Assembly: GCA_963664305.2 (NCBI GenBank)
Contig: CAXXLV010000001.1
Location: 32,001 to 96,000 of the forward strand
DNA: 64,000 nucleotides
Direction: 5' to 3'
Source of the DNA: an uncultured Aliarcobacter sp.
Lineage (GTDB): Bacteria; Campylobacterota; Campylobacteria; Campylobacterales; Arcobacteraceae
Position 1 is the stretch's first letter, and the number at the start of each line of letters is the position of its first letter. This document shows positions 10,390-21,729 of this stretch, in pieces. A model generated the notes under the pieces. The model made no database searches and was not told where the DNA came from. It worked only from the letters and a program-made list of their open reading frames with translations. Both the position numbers and the translations under genes were made by a program.

Positions 10390-11780
10390 TATAATTCCTC
10401 TAAAAATTTAATCAATTTTTCTCTTTGTTCTTTTGGTAAATTCATATAGTTTTCTTTACTATTTTTTGCTTCACCACCATGCCATAAAATTGCCTCTTGA
10501 AAACTTCTAGCTCTTCCATCATGTAAAAGTCTAGGTTTTTCTTTATTTATTTTTTCATGTAAAGCTAATCCCCATAAAGGAGCTGTTCTCCATTCACTTC
10601 CACTTGCCATAAATTCAACTCTACCATCAGCTAAATCATCACCCATATCATGTAATAAAAAATCTGAAAATGGTGACACTTTAAAATCATATTTTGTATC
10701 AAAACTTGGAATGTGACATTTTGAACATGAAATTGCTTCAAATAAAACTAAACCTTCTTCATACTCTTTTGTTTTTTTAGGCGAATATGCTTTTATATTT
10801 TTTAAATAGTAAGAAACAGCCTCTAATCTTTCATCTGGTAAATCTATCTCTTCTTTAGCTTTAGGAGCTTCATTACACTCTTTTTGAAATTCTGTACAAT
10901 TATCATTTGGGAAAATAGTTGTAGTTAATCCCATATCATTGTTTGCAGCACCGGCAACTTGTTCTTTTAAAAATGCCACACTTGCTTTCCAAGTATAAAT
11001 TCCAAGCTCTGTTTTTTTTGTAATATTTGAATAAACATAATTTGCTCGACCAGATATTCCATCATTATTATCATCATTTTCATCAATGTGTTTTAAAATA
11101 TCATCTTTTGAAATAAGATTGATTAATCCCATTCCATTTAAACTAGGTGCAATTCTATATGAAATATTTGCATCTTTATGCAATTCTCCATAATTTAAAT
11201 TTTCTAGATTATATTTTGGTTTTAATAAAGTTTGTTTTTCACCATCAGGAAAACTCACTTCAATCTCTTCAAAATCTATTTTGATTTTTCCTTCAAAATC
11301 TACTCCAAAAATACCATTTATAGCCAACTGATTTCCATAAACTGGTTCAGGAATAAAACCTTTATATTTCAAAAGTTCTTGATGTTCAGGACTATTATCT
11401 GATCTTATTGATAATCTTGCAACTAATGATCTTGAAGTCATATTTTGCTCTGCAATTAGAGTTCCTCTTCCATTTTTAGGATGACAATTTACACAAGTAT
11501 TTGCATTAAAAAGTGGTCCTAAACCATCACGTGCCGTTGTAACACTTGGAGCTTCAACCCATGGAATTGTAAAAAAACTTCTTCCAAGAATAAATTTATC
11601 ATATTCACTATCACTCAATGATGAAATAGGATTTAGCAATAAAGAACTATTTTTATCACTTGATAAAAATTTACTATCACTATTAACTGCAAAAAGCCCT
11701 GTAGCAAATATTGCTACAAGGCTTTTTAATAAAATTACTTTTTTAATAGTTAAAAAATTAGATTTTTGTTTCTTCAGCAT
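10389..11780 (-). CDS. Di-heme oxidoreductase family protein (DHOR/DUF1111)
   Basis: DGLGPLFNAxxCxxCH (CVNCH), GISGRAN, CSKCH, LLHDMG, WRTAPLWG and LLHDGRAR motifs. Exact start uncertain. Confidence 0.9.
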   Translation of the reverse strand: MLKKQKSNFLTIKKVILLKSLVAIFATGLFAVNSDSKFLSSDKNSSLLLNPISSLSDSEYDKFILGRSFFTIPWVEAPSVTTARDGLGPLFNANTCVNCHPKNGRGTLIAEQNMTSRSLVARLSIRSDNSPEHQELLKYKGFIPEPVYGNQLAINGIFGVDFEGKIKIDFEEIEVSFPDGEKQTLLKPKYNLENLNYGELHKDANISYRIAPSLNGMGLINLISKDDILKHIDENDDNNDGISGRANYVYSNITKKTELGIYTWKASVAFLKEQVAGAANNDMGLTTTIFPNDNCTEFQKECNEAPKAKEEIDLPDERLEAVSYYLKNIKAYSPKKTKEYEEGLVLFEAISCSKCHIPSFDTKYDFKVSPFSDFLLHDMGDDLADGRVEFMASGSEWRTAPLWGLALHEKINKEKPRLLHDGRARSFQEAILWHGGEAKNSKENYMNLPKEQREKLIKFLEEL

Positions 11781-13107
11781 CCGTTACATCTTCAGTAGTT
11801 AGACTAATTCCATTAGCAGCTGCAACATTAACCATTTCATCACCAAGTTTTCTCATCTCATTTTTAAGTTTTACAATAACTTTTGATTGTTCATTTTCTG
11901 GTCTGATTTGATAATCAAAATGAGCTTTAGTTTTTGCAACTTCATCAATACTATTGATTTTATCTTCAATAGATGCCATTAATTTTTCAATTCTAGCTTT
12001 TGTTTCAGCATCAGTTGCATCTAAAAGAGCTTTTCCATATTTTTTACCATTATAAGTTGCAGTTAAAATATTTTTAAACCCTAAATAGTTATTTGCAATA
12101 TCTCTGTGTGTATTATCTGAAAAACAAGAGTGTTCATCTTCTTCACTTGGAGTTAAAACTGCAACTGCAATTCTTTCATTTGCTAATTCAGATTTAATAA
12201 ATACTCCCATTCCTGCAATAATTTGTTTCATTGCTTCAGAACTTTCAATATTTTTTGAAGCTTCTTTTCCTTTTAACTCACCTTTTAATGCAGCTTGGTA
12301 TAAACCATTATTTCCTTTTACATTTTTTTCCCAAGCAGAAGTAATAACAGCTAAATCATCTACAAGTTTTGTTGTTGATGCTTGTAAATAAGCCAATCTT
12401 CTTTTTGCATTTTTATCAGTTGTAAAATCTGTAAGTGGTCTTTGTCCCGCTGTCATAGCACCTGGAGTTACAGCATCTGTCATAAAGTTTGAATAATCTT
12501 GGTCTTGTCCCCATAATAAAAATTCAATTGCATGGTAACCAGTTGAAACATTTGCATCACCACCATTTTCATTTAATTCACCTAAAGCATCAGCTGTAAT
12601 TTTTGTTACATCTACTTCTTTTGATTCTTCTCCACCTGGATTAAATTTTCCAACAGTATCAATAATATTTCCTGAAGTTAATTTTCCATCAGCATCAATT
12701 GTATAATCAATCATATTTTCATCTAATGGCCAAGCATTAATTTGTCCTTCTAATGAACCATAAGCTTCAGAAACCCATCCCTCTTCTGCATCAACAGGAC
12801 CATTTGCAAGTCTAAAGATTTCAGTTTGTCCATAAGACTCTCTTGATTCTAACCAAGCTTTTTTTGCAGCATCAAGATTTACTTGTGTAGGATTTTTGCT
12901 AAATGTATCTATTGCTGTTTTTAAAGCTTTTGCATCTTTTAAAGCATCACTATAATTTGCTAAAGCAATATCTGAATATGCTTGTAAGATAGATTTTACT
13001 TGAGTTACTTCAAGTTTTTTTGGTTCAGTATTAGTTGCAGCATTAGAAGTTAATGCAATAGCTGCAACAACAGAAAACGAAACTAACACTTTTTTAGTTA
13101 AATTCAT
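11758..13107 (-). CDS. Imelysin / iron-regulated protein A (IrpA/LruB/IcmP-like)
   Basis: Signal peptide; INAWPLDE, GYHAIEFLLWGQD (GxHxxE), ELANER and EEDEHSCFSDNTH motifs. Confidence 0.92.
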   Translation of the reverse strand: MNLTKKVLVSFSVVAAIALTSNAATNTEPKKLEVTQVKSILQAYSDIALANYSDALKDAKALKTAIDTFSKNPTQVNLDAAKKAWLESRESYGQTEIFRLANGPVDAEEGWVSEAYGSLEGQINAWPLDENMIDYTIDADGKLTSGNIIDTVGKFNPGGEESKEVDVTKITADALGELNENGGDANVSTGYHAIEFLLWGQDQDYSNFMTDAVTPGAMTAGQRPLTDFTTDKNAKRRLAYLQASTTKLVDDLAVITSAWEKNVKGNNGLYQAALKGELKGKEASKNIESSEAMKQIIAGMGVFIKSELANERIAVAVLTPSEEDEHSCFSDNTHRDIANNYLGFKNILTATYNGKKYGKALLDATDAETKARIEKLMASIEDKINSIDEVAKTKAHFDYQIRPENEQSKVIVKLKNEMRKLGDEMVNVAAANGISLTTEDVTDAEETKI

Positions 13108-13186
13108 AATCTAATTCCTTTTGTTAATTTTAATATTAATTATCATAATGAATTAAATCAAAAAAAAACTTTATCCTCTCTTAAAG

Positions 13187-13201
13187 TGATAATTATTATC
13201 A
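13187..13201. promoter_or_regulatory. Fur box (perfect 7-1-7) upstream of the imelysin operon
   Basis: TGATAAT-T-ATTATCA, an exact inverted repeat. A second site with 2 mismatches lies at 13131-13145. Confidence 0.85.
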
Positions 13202-13208
13202 TAAATAT

Positions 13209-15284
13209 TTAGAATATACTTTTTAAATTATTTATAATATCTTTTGTTTTCTCATCTTTTATATTTTTATCTAGAACTTTATTTAATTTTTCTTCTATTT
13301 TATCTCTATTTTTTTCTATCTCATTTTTTAATAATTCTTTAGTATCTAAAGAGATATTTGGTTTTTTCATATCACCTTTTAATGTAATTAAAAAACTACT
13401 AGTTTTAATTTGAGTATTTAATTTTGCATCAATTAAATTTTTCTCAAAATCAAGTAATGCATCTGTTGTATTTATTTGTGTATTTGGACTTTGCATATTT
13501 AGATTTGATATAACTTGTTTTTCATTTATATTACTATCAATTTTAACTGTTTCATATATCTCTTTTGTTAAATCGAATTTTGCTAGTTGACTTACAATAT
13601 TTGAATAATCATTTGGTAAAAAATGTCCATTTAAAAGATTTGCTTTTAATTTTCCTTTTTTTGTCAATAATTCATATTCTAAATTTACATTTGCTTTTGA
13701 ATCAAATATCTCTGGTTTATTCATTCTATATAATAACTCTTTCATATTTGCGTCATCTAATTTCAAGTTAAAAATGTCATCTTTTAAATTAAAATCCAAT
13801 TTTCCACCAGCAAAATTTGAATTTCCAGTTAAGAAAAGAATATTATCCACAGATTTAACCTCACCTTTTAAATCTATATCTCCTCTTAAATCTGTATTTG
13901 TTAAACCTTTGATTTTTTCTAAAGCTAATATATTTAAAAAATAATCACTAGTAAATGATTTATTATCTAGATTATAAACTGCTTTTTCTAAATTTAATTT
14001 TCCAATATTTGATAAAACATCAATTTTAGAAATAGCTTGATTTGGAACTAATGAAGTATTTATTGTTGAATCAAAAGTTATTACATCACTCAACTCTTGT
14101 TTATAAACTGCATTTACAACTTCATTTATGATTTTTGCATTTGATATTTTTGAAACTATTAATCCATCTAATTTTTCTAATGAACTGTTTTTAACATCAG
14201 CATTTACATTAAAATCACCCGTTAAATAAACTGGCTCATTTAACATATGTAAAACTTTTTCTATTTTTGCATTTTCGATTTTAAAATTAATATTTTGAGC
14301 AATAGAATCTTTTAAATCTAATTTATATGTAGTTGTACTTTCAAAAATATTTGAAGTTCCATCAATTGATACAACAGAATTTTCCATAGAAACTTTACCT
14401 ATATTTGAAAATTCTCCATTTAATTTTCTTCCTAAAATCCCCTCTAATCTATTTAAATTTTTTATATCAACTTTATAGTCACTAAAAAGTTTTTTATTGT
14501 TTAAATCTATTATTGTTTTATCTAAGTAAATATCTGCAATAGATGTTAATAATTCAGATTTTACTTCTGCCCTATTTCCAAATAAAGAAGCATTTATATC
14601 CCCTTGGAAATTTATTGGTGAAGATAAAGTTTGATTGAACTCTTTATTAAAAATATCATTATTCAATATACCTTTTGATAGATTTGCTACAAAAACTCCA
14701 TCTAAATTGTTTACATCAATATTTTTAATATTTGCGTTAATGTTTAAATATCCTTTTAAATATTGTGGTTTATTTGCTAAAGCTAATAGTTCTTCAATTT
14801 TTCCATCTTTTAAATCTATTTGAACATTGTTTACTTCAAACTTATTTAGATTTATATAATATTTTGTTTGACTACTTGCAAGATTTGAGAATCCTTGGAT
14901 AATTGCATCTTGATTATTTCCTTTAAAAATACCATTTGTATAAAATTTTCCTTTTAAATCTTGATGCATTAAATTTTTTAATGTAGATAAATCATCAATT
15001 TTTATATCATATTTTAAATCTACACTCTTTTTAAAAATTGATAAATCACCAGAAATATTGATATAAGAATCTTCATTAATAACGGCATTAAAATCTATAG
15101 ATTTTAGGGTTAATATAAAATTATTTACTTTTAACTTCACTTTTTCTTGTTCATTATTTACTTTACTTTCTATATATGAAGAAATGATGCTATTTCCGTA
15201 TTTAGTAAATAAAGTTCCATATATTGAACCAATAATCAAAACTATTAAAATTGTTAATGAGAAAAATAATTTTTGCATAAGCAC
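13209..15284 (-). CDS. AsmA-like, N-terminally anchored beta-rich periplasmic protein with internal repeats
   Basis: Single N-terminal TM; beta-strand-like alternation; three 178-aa-period repeats; C-terminal LKGDMKKPNISLD resembles AsmA-type C-termini. Confidence 0.6.
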   Translation of the reverse strand: MLMQKLFFSLTILIVLIIGSIYGTLFTKYGNSIISSYIESKVNNEQEKVKLKVNNFILTLKSIDFNAVINEDSYINISGDLSIFKKSVDLKYDIKIDDLSTLKNLMHQDLKGKFYTNGIFKGNNQDAIIQGFSNLASSQTKYYINLNKFEVNNVQIDLKDGKIEELLALANKPQYLKGYLNINANIKNIDVNNLDGVFVANLSKGILNNDIFNKEFNQTLSSPINFQGDINASLFGNRAEVKSELLTSIADIYLDKTIIDLNNKKLFSDYKVDIKNLNRLEGILGRKLNGEFSNIGKVSMENSVVSIDGTSNIFESTTTYKLDLKDSIAQNINFKIENAKIEKVLHMLNEPVYLTGDFNVNADVKNSSLEKLDGLIVSKISNAKIINEVVNAVYKQELSDVITFDSTINTSLVPNQAISKIDVLSNIGKLNLEKAVYNLDNKSFTSDYFLNILALEKIKGLTNTDLRGDIDLKGEVKSVDNILFLTGNSNFAGGKLDFNLKDDIFNLKLDDANMKELLYRMNKPEIFDSKANVNLEYELLTKKGKLKANLLNGHFLPNDYSNIVSQLAKFDLTKEIYETVKIDSNINEKQVISNLNMQSPNTQINTTDALLDFEKNLIDAKLNTQIKTSSFLITLKGDMKKPNISLDTKELLKNEIEKNRDKIEEKLNKVLDKNIKDEKTKDIINNLKSIF

Positions 15285-15375
15285 AACCCTTTTGATAAAG
15301 TGAGAAAATTATAACAAATTGTTTATAAAAATAACTATTTAAAATCGCTTTAGCTAATTTTTAGTTTTCTTTCTT

Positions 15376-15430
15376 TATAATCTCGTCCACAAAGTGTTAA
15401 GTAGGGATACGCAAGCCGAACAGACTTTGG
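15376..15430 (+). promoter_or_regulatory. atpE promoter -10 (TATAAT) followed by a structured 5' UTR (candidate cis-regulatory RNA)
   Basis: TATAAT at 15376-15381. Stem CAAAGU-GUU/AAC-AG-ACUUUG encloses GG(AUA)C-GCAA-GCC. GC-rich relative to its flanks. Confidence 0.5.
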
Positions 15431-15458
15431 AAATAAAAATTTATATAAGGAAAAAGAA

Positions 15459-15773
15459 ATGAAAAAAATCGTTCTTTTAATGCTAGCTATCGCTGGTTTT
15501 GCATTCGCTGCTGATGAAGCTGTTGTAAATGAAACTTTAAAAGCATACTCTGTAGTTGCTGCTGGAATTGGATTAGGTCTTGCTGCACTTGGTGGTGCTA
15601 TTGGTATGGGTAATACTGCTGCTGCAACTATTGCTGGTACTGCTAGAAACCCAGGTTTAGGTGGAAAATTAATGACAACTATGTTCATTGCTTTAGCGAT
15701 GATCGAAGCACAAGTTATTTATGCACTTGTTGTTGCTATGATTGCATTATATGCAAATCCATTTTTAGGGTAA
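15459..15773 (+). CDS. atpE: F0F1 ATP synthase subunit c
   Basis: GLAALGGAIGMG, ARNP loop, IEAQVIY with the catalytic Glu; signal-like N-terminal extension as in Campylobacterota. Confidence 0.97.
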   Translation: MKKIVLLMLAIAGFAFAADEAVVNETLKAYSVVAAGIGLGLAALGGAIGMGNTAAATIAGTARNPGLGGKLMTTMFIALAMIEAQVIYALVVAMIALYANPFLG

Positions 15774-15803
15774 TCTTTAAATCTACAGATTTAATAAAAC
15801 TCG

Positions 15804-15839
15804 AAAGGTCAAGAAGTTTTCTTCTTGACCTTTTTTTTT
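15804..15839 (+). terminator. Intrinsic terminator after atpE
   Basis: AAAGGTCAAGAAG-tttt-CTTCTTGACCTTT followed by a T run. Confidence 0.85.
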
Positions 15840-15844
15840 GTCTA

Positions 15845-15879
15845 TTTGACACCTTTTTGACACTCTTTAAAAGTAAAAT
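15845..15879 (+). promoter_or_regulatory. Direct-repeat regulator site plus -10 upstream of MCP gene
   Basis: TTTGACAC twice with an 11-bp period (15845, 15856), then TAAAAT at 15874. Confidence 0.55.
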
Positions 15880-15907
15880 TCCTTTTTAAATATAAAAAGG
15901 AAAAAAG

Positions 15908-18031
15908 TTGAAAAGCACTACTATAAAAAATAAACTTCTTATTTTGACTCTTCTTAGTATTTCTATCTCATTTATTATATTAGGATTTTATAACACTTAT
16001 AATAATTACAGTTCAGAATATAATTTAATTAAACAAAAAGAGTTAGATTTAGCACAAGAAACTTCAAAATCTATTAACAATTATTTACAATCAAAAATCG
16101 ATATTGTTGAAGCTGTTGCAAGCGAAATCTCAGCACTACCTTTAGATGTAAAAAATAAAGAGATTATTGATAAATTAAGATTAGGAAATCTTGCTGGAAA
16201 GTTCTCAGGATTATATCTTGGAATTGGAGAAAATGGTAATTTTTTACAATTTGATGGTTCATTTAGAACTCCTCAAACACATGATTATGATTCAAGAAAA
16301 CGACCATGGTATAAAAAAGCCGTAGAAACAAATAATTCAGGTATTAGTGAACCTTATATAGATTTTTCTACAAAAAAACTAGTTATTTCAGTATCAGCAC
16401 CTATAAAAAAAGATGGAAAAATTATTGGAGTTATTGGTTCAGATATTTCACTTGATACAGTTATAAATACTGTTTTAAATATAAATCTTGAAGAAGAAGG
16501 TTTTGCATATTTAACTGATTCTTTAGGAAAAACAATAATTCATAAAGATGAAAAAGAGTTTGAAAAACAAAGTGAAATATATCAACAAGTAAAATCAAAT
16601 AATCAATTACATTTTTCTGAAGCATTACTAAATAATAATCCTCAATTAATCGCATACTGTAATATCCCTATTACAGATTGGAAGTTGATTATTCAACTAG
16701 ATAAAAACGCCATTTCTAAAAAAATCAATAAAAATCTAGTAAAAGAAATATTTTTATATGTTTTCCTACTGATTATTATTCTTGGAATTTTATTTTATGC
16801 TTTAGTTAAAATTTTATCTCCATTAAAAACTTTTGAAAATGGATTAAATTTCTTCTTCAAATATCTAAAAGGTGAAGAAAAAAATATCATTAAGTTAAAT
16901 ATTAATACAAATGATGAATTAGGGAAAATGGCTTTTGAAATTGATAAACAAATGGAAATTATTGCAAAAAATTTAGAAGAAGATAAAGCTCTTATAGATG
17001 AAGTTAAAAATATCGTAAATAGAGTAAAAGAAGGTAATTTAGATTTACAAATAAAACAAGAAAGCTCAAATGAATCTCTTAATGAATTAAAAAGTATGTT
17101 AAATGATATGATAAAAACTATTAGTGTAAATGTTAATCAAGATATTAATAGTATTTTAACTTCACTTGAAGAGTATTCAAAATTAAATTTTGTTAATAAT
17201 GTACAAAATCCAACAGGTAATGTTGCAATTGGGTTAAATAATTTATCAAATATTATAAATCAAATGCTTCAAGAAAATAAATCAAATGGTATTGTCTTAG
17301 ATGAAAGTTCAAATCTTTTACTTAATAATGTAAATTTATTAAATAAAGCATCAAATGAAACAGCGGTATCTTTAGAAGAAACAGCTGCAGCTCTAGAAGA
17401 GATAACAAGTACAGTAATAAATAATACAGAACGAATTTCAATAATGGCAAATCATTCAAAAGAGTTATCTATTTCTATAGAAGATGGACAAAAACTTGCA
17501 AATATCACAGTTGAATCAATGGATTCAATTAATGAACAAACACAAGCAATTGCAGATGCGATAACAATAATTGACCAAATAGCATTCCAGACAAACATTC
17601 TTTCTTTAAATGCAGCTGTTGAAGCAGCAACTGCTGGTGAAGCAGGACGTGGATTTGCTGTTGTTGCACAAGAAGTTAGAAATTTAGCATCAAGGTCAGC
17701 AGAAGCTGCAAAAGAGATTAAAGAGCTAGTAGAAAATGCAACAAGTAAGACTGATAGTGGTAAAAAAATAGCTGATGACATGATAAAAGGATATGTTAAA
17801 TTAAAAGAAAATATATCTAAAACTACTGAAGTTATCCATGATATTTCAATTTCATCAAAAGAACAAAGAACCAGCATAGAACAAATAAATGATGTAGTTA
17901 CAAAACTAGATAGACAGACTCAAAACAATGCCTCAATAGCAACTCAAACACATGATATTGCAATAAACACATCAAATATTGCACAAAAAATATTAGCAAC
18001 AGTAAACGAAAAAAAATTTAGAGATAAATAA
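15908..18031 (+). CDS. Methyl-accepting chemotaxis protein with dCache sensor
   Basis: YDSRKRPWY and PYID dCache motifs, GVIGSDI, HAMP-like region, MCP hairpin [17 protein letters not shown]. Confidence 0.95.
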   Translation: MKSTTIKNKLLILTLLSISISFIILGFYNTYNNYSSEYNLIKQKELDLAQETSKSINNYLQSKIDIVEAVASEISALPLDVKNKEIIDKLRLGNLAGKFSGLYLGIGENGNFLQFDGSFRTPQTHDYDSRKRPWYKKAVETNNSGISEPYIDFSTKKLVISVSAPIKKDGKIIGVIGSDISLDTVINTVLNINLEEEGFAYLTDSLGKTIIHKDEKEFEKQSEIYQQVKSNNQLHFSEALLNNNPQLIAYCNIPITDWKLIIQLDKNAISKKINKNLVKEIFLYVFLLIIILGILFYALVKILSPLKTFENGLNFFFKYLKGEEKNIIKLNINTNDELGKMAFEIDKQMEIIAKNLEEDKALIDEVKNIVNRVKEGNLDLQIKQESSNESLNELKSMLNDMIKTISVNVNQDINSILTSLEEYSKLNFVNNVQNPTGNVAIGLNNLSNIINQMLQENKSNGIVLDESSNLLLNNVNLLNKASNETAVSLEETAAALEEITSTVINNTERISIMANHSKELSISIEDGQKLANITVESMDSINEQTQAIADAITIIDQIAFQTNILSLNAAVEAATAGEAGRGFAVVAQEVRNLASRSAEAAKEIKELVENATSKTDSGKKIADDMIKGYVKLKENISKTTEVIHDISISSKEQRTSIEQINDVVTKLDRQTQNNASIATQTHDIAINTSNIAQKILATVNEKKFRDK

Positions 18032-18095
18032 CTAAAACTATCATAATACTTGATATGAATTTAAGTATTATGATAGTAACATTTCAATCCTATTT

Positions 18096-18180
18096 GCGGA
18101 CGTGGTGGAATGGTAGACACGCCATCTTGAGGTGGTGGTGAGCTAAGCTTGTGCGGGTTCAAGTCCCGCCGTCCGCACCA
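18096..18180 (+). tRNA. tRNA-Leu (anticodon GAG)
   Basis: GCGGACG acceptor stem, anticodon arm CCATC-TTGAGGT-GGTGG, long variable arm, GTTCAAG T-loop, CCA end. Confidence 0.96.
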
Positions 18181-18211
18181 AAAAATTAACTCCTAATCAT
18201 TTTATAAATAA

Positions 18212-20521
<2,310 letters not shown>

Positions 20522-20582
20522 AAGGGAAACCTTTTACTTATAACTCTTTTTTTATTTCCATTTGAGGAAAAAGTTTTTCCAA

Positions 20583-20597
20583 TAATAAATATTATTA
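20583..20597. promoter_or_regulatory. Possible PerR/Fur-type box upstream of ahpC
   Basis: TAATAAA-T-ATTATTA near-palindrome, but the context is very AT-rich. Confidence 0.4.
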
Positions 20598-20675
20598 ATA
20601 ATGTTTTAAGTTTATTCCTATATAATTCCAATACAAAATATATAAAAATTTATAAAATAAAAAAGGATTTAAAAA

Positions 20676-21272
20676 ATGTTAGTTACAAAAAAAGCTCCAG
20701 ATTTTACAGCAACAGCTGTACTTGCAGATGGTCAAATTGTTGAGAATTTTAATTTATATGAAAATATTGGTGAAAAAGGTGCAGTATTATTTTTCTGGCC
20801 TTTAGATTTTACGTTTGTTTGTCCATCTGAAATTATAGCTTTCTCTAAAAGAGTTGATGAATTTGAAGCAAGAGGAATTCAAGTTATAGGTTGTTCAGTT
20901 GATTCTCAATTCTCTCACTTTGCATGGAGAGAAACAGCAGTTGAAAATGGTGGAATTGGAAGAGTAAAATTCCCAATGGTTGCAGATTTAAGTAAACAAA
21001 TTTCTAGAGATTATGATGTATTATTTGGTGATTCTGTGGCACTTAGAGGTTCATTCTTAATTGATAAAGATGGAACTATCAGACATGCAGTAATCAATGA
21101 TTTACCACTTGGAAGAAATGTTGATGAAATGATTAGAATGGTAGATGCAATGTTATTTACAAATGAGCATGGTGAAGTTTGTCCTGCTGGTTGGGCAAAA
21201 GGTGACGAAGGTATGAAAGCAAATACTGCTGGTGTTGCTGAATACTTAGCTAAAAATGAAAATAAATTATAG
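20676..21272 (+). CDS. ahpC: 2-Cys peroxiredoxin (alkyl hydroperoxide reductase C)
   Basis: DFTFVCPSEI and GEVCPAGW motifs. Confidence 0.96.
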   Translation: MLVTKKAPDFTATAVLADGQIVENFNLYENIGEKGAVLFFWPLDFTFVCPSEIIAFSKRVDEFEARGIQVIGCSVDSQFSHFAWRETAVENGGIGRVKFPMVADLSKQISRDYDVLFGDSVALRGSFLIDKDGTIRHAVINDLPLGRNVDEMIRMVDAMLFTNEHGEVCPAGWAKGDEGMKANTAGVAEYLAKNENKL

Positions 21273-21280
21273 GATTCATC

Positions 21281-21598
21281 ATGGGAAAATATTTAGAATT
21301 AAATCAAAATAATATAGAAGATACGATAAAAGAAGGTGTGTCATTAGTTGACTTTTGGGCACCTTGGTGTGGACCTTGTAGAATGTTAGCTCCAACTATT
21401 GACCAATTAGCTGAAGATTTTGAAGGAAAAGCAAATATTTGTAAAGTAAATACAGAAGAAGAACCTGATTTAACTGCACAATATCAAGTAAGATCTATTC
21501 CTACTATTCTTTTCTTTAAAGATGGAAAAGTTGTTGATCAACTAATTGGTGCTACAAATAAAACTACTCTTGAAGAAAAATTAAATAAATACTTATAA
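21281..21598 (+). CDS. trxA: Thioredoxin
   Basis: WCGPC active site and SIPT motif. Confidence 0.95.
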   Translation: MGKYLELNQNNIEDTIKEGVSLVDFWAPWCGPCRMLAPTIDQLAEDFEGKANICKVNTEEEPDLTAQYQVRSIPTILFFKDGKVVDQLIGATNKTTLEEKLNKYL

Positions 21599-21603
21599 AA
21601 TTT

Positions 21604-21632
21604 GAAACTAAAGACAATTTGTCTTTAGTTTC
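21604..21632 (+). terminator. Hairpin after trxA
   Basis: GAAACTAAAGACA-att-TGTCTTTAGTTTC inverted repeat. Confidence 0.7.
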
Positions 21633-21729
21633 CCTCCGAATATCCCAAAAAACCTTAAATAGCCACTTAAAGTCAAGTTTTACTAATTATAAAAATACTA
21701 TAATTCTCAAAAATCTATAAAGGAATTTT

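Noticed and set aside
15459..15773. Na+-translocating ATP synthase c subunit
   Set aside because: Lacks the Q...ES(T) Na+-binding signature; it has M and EAQ instead.
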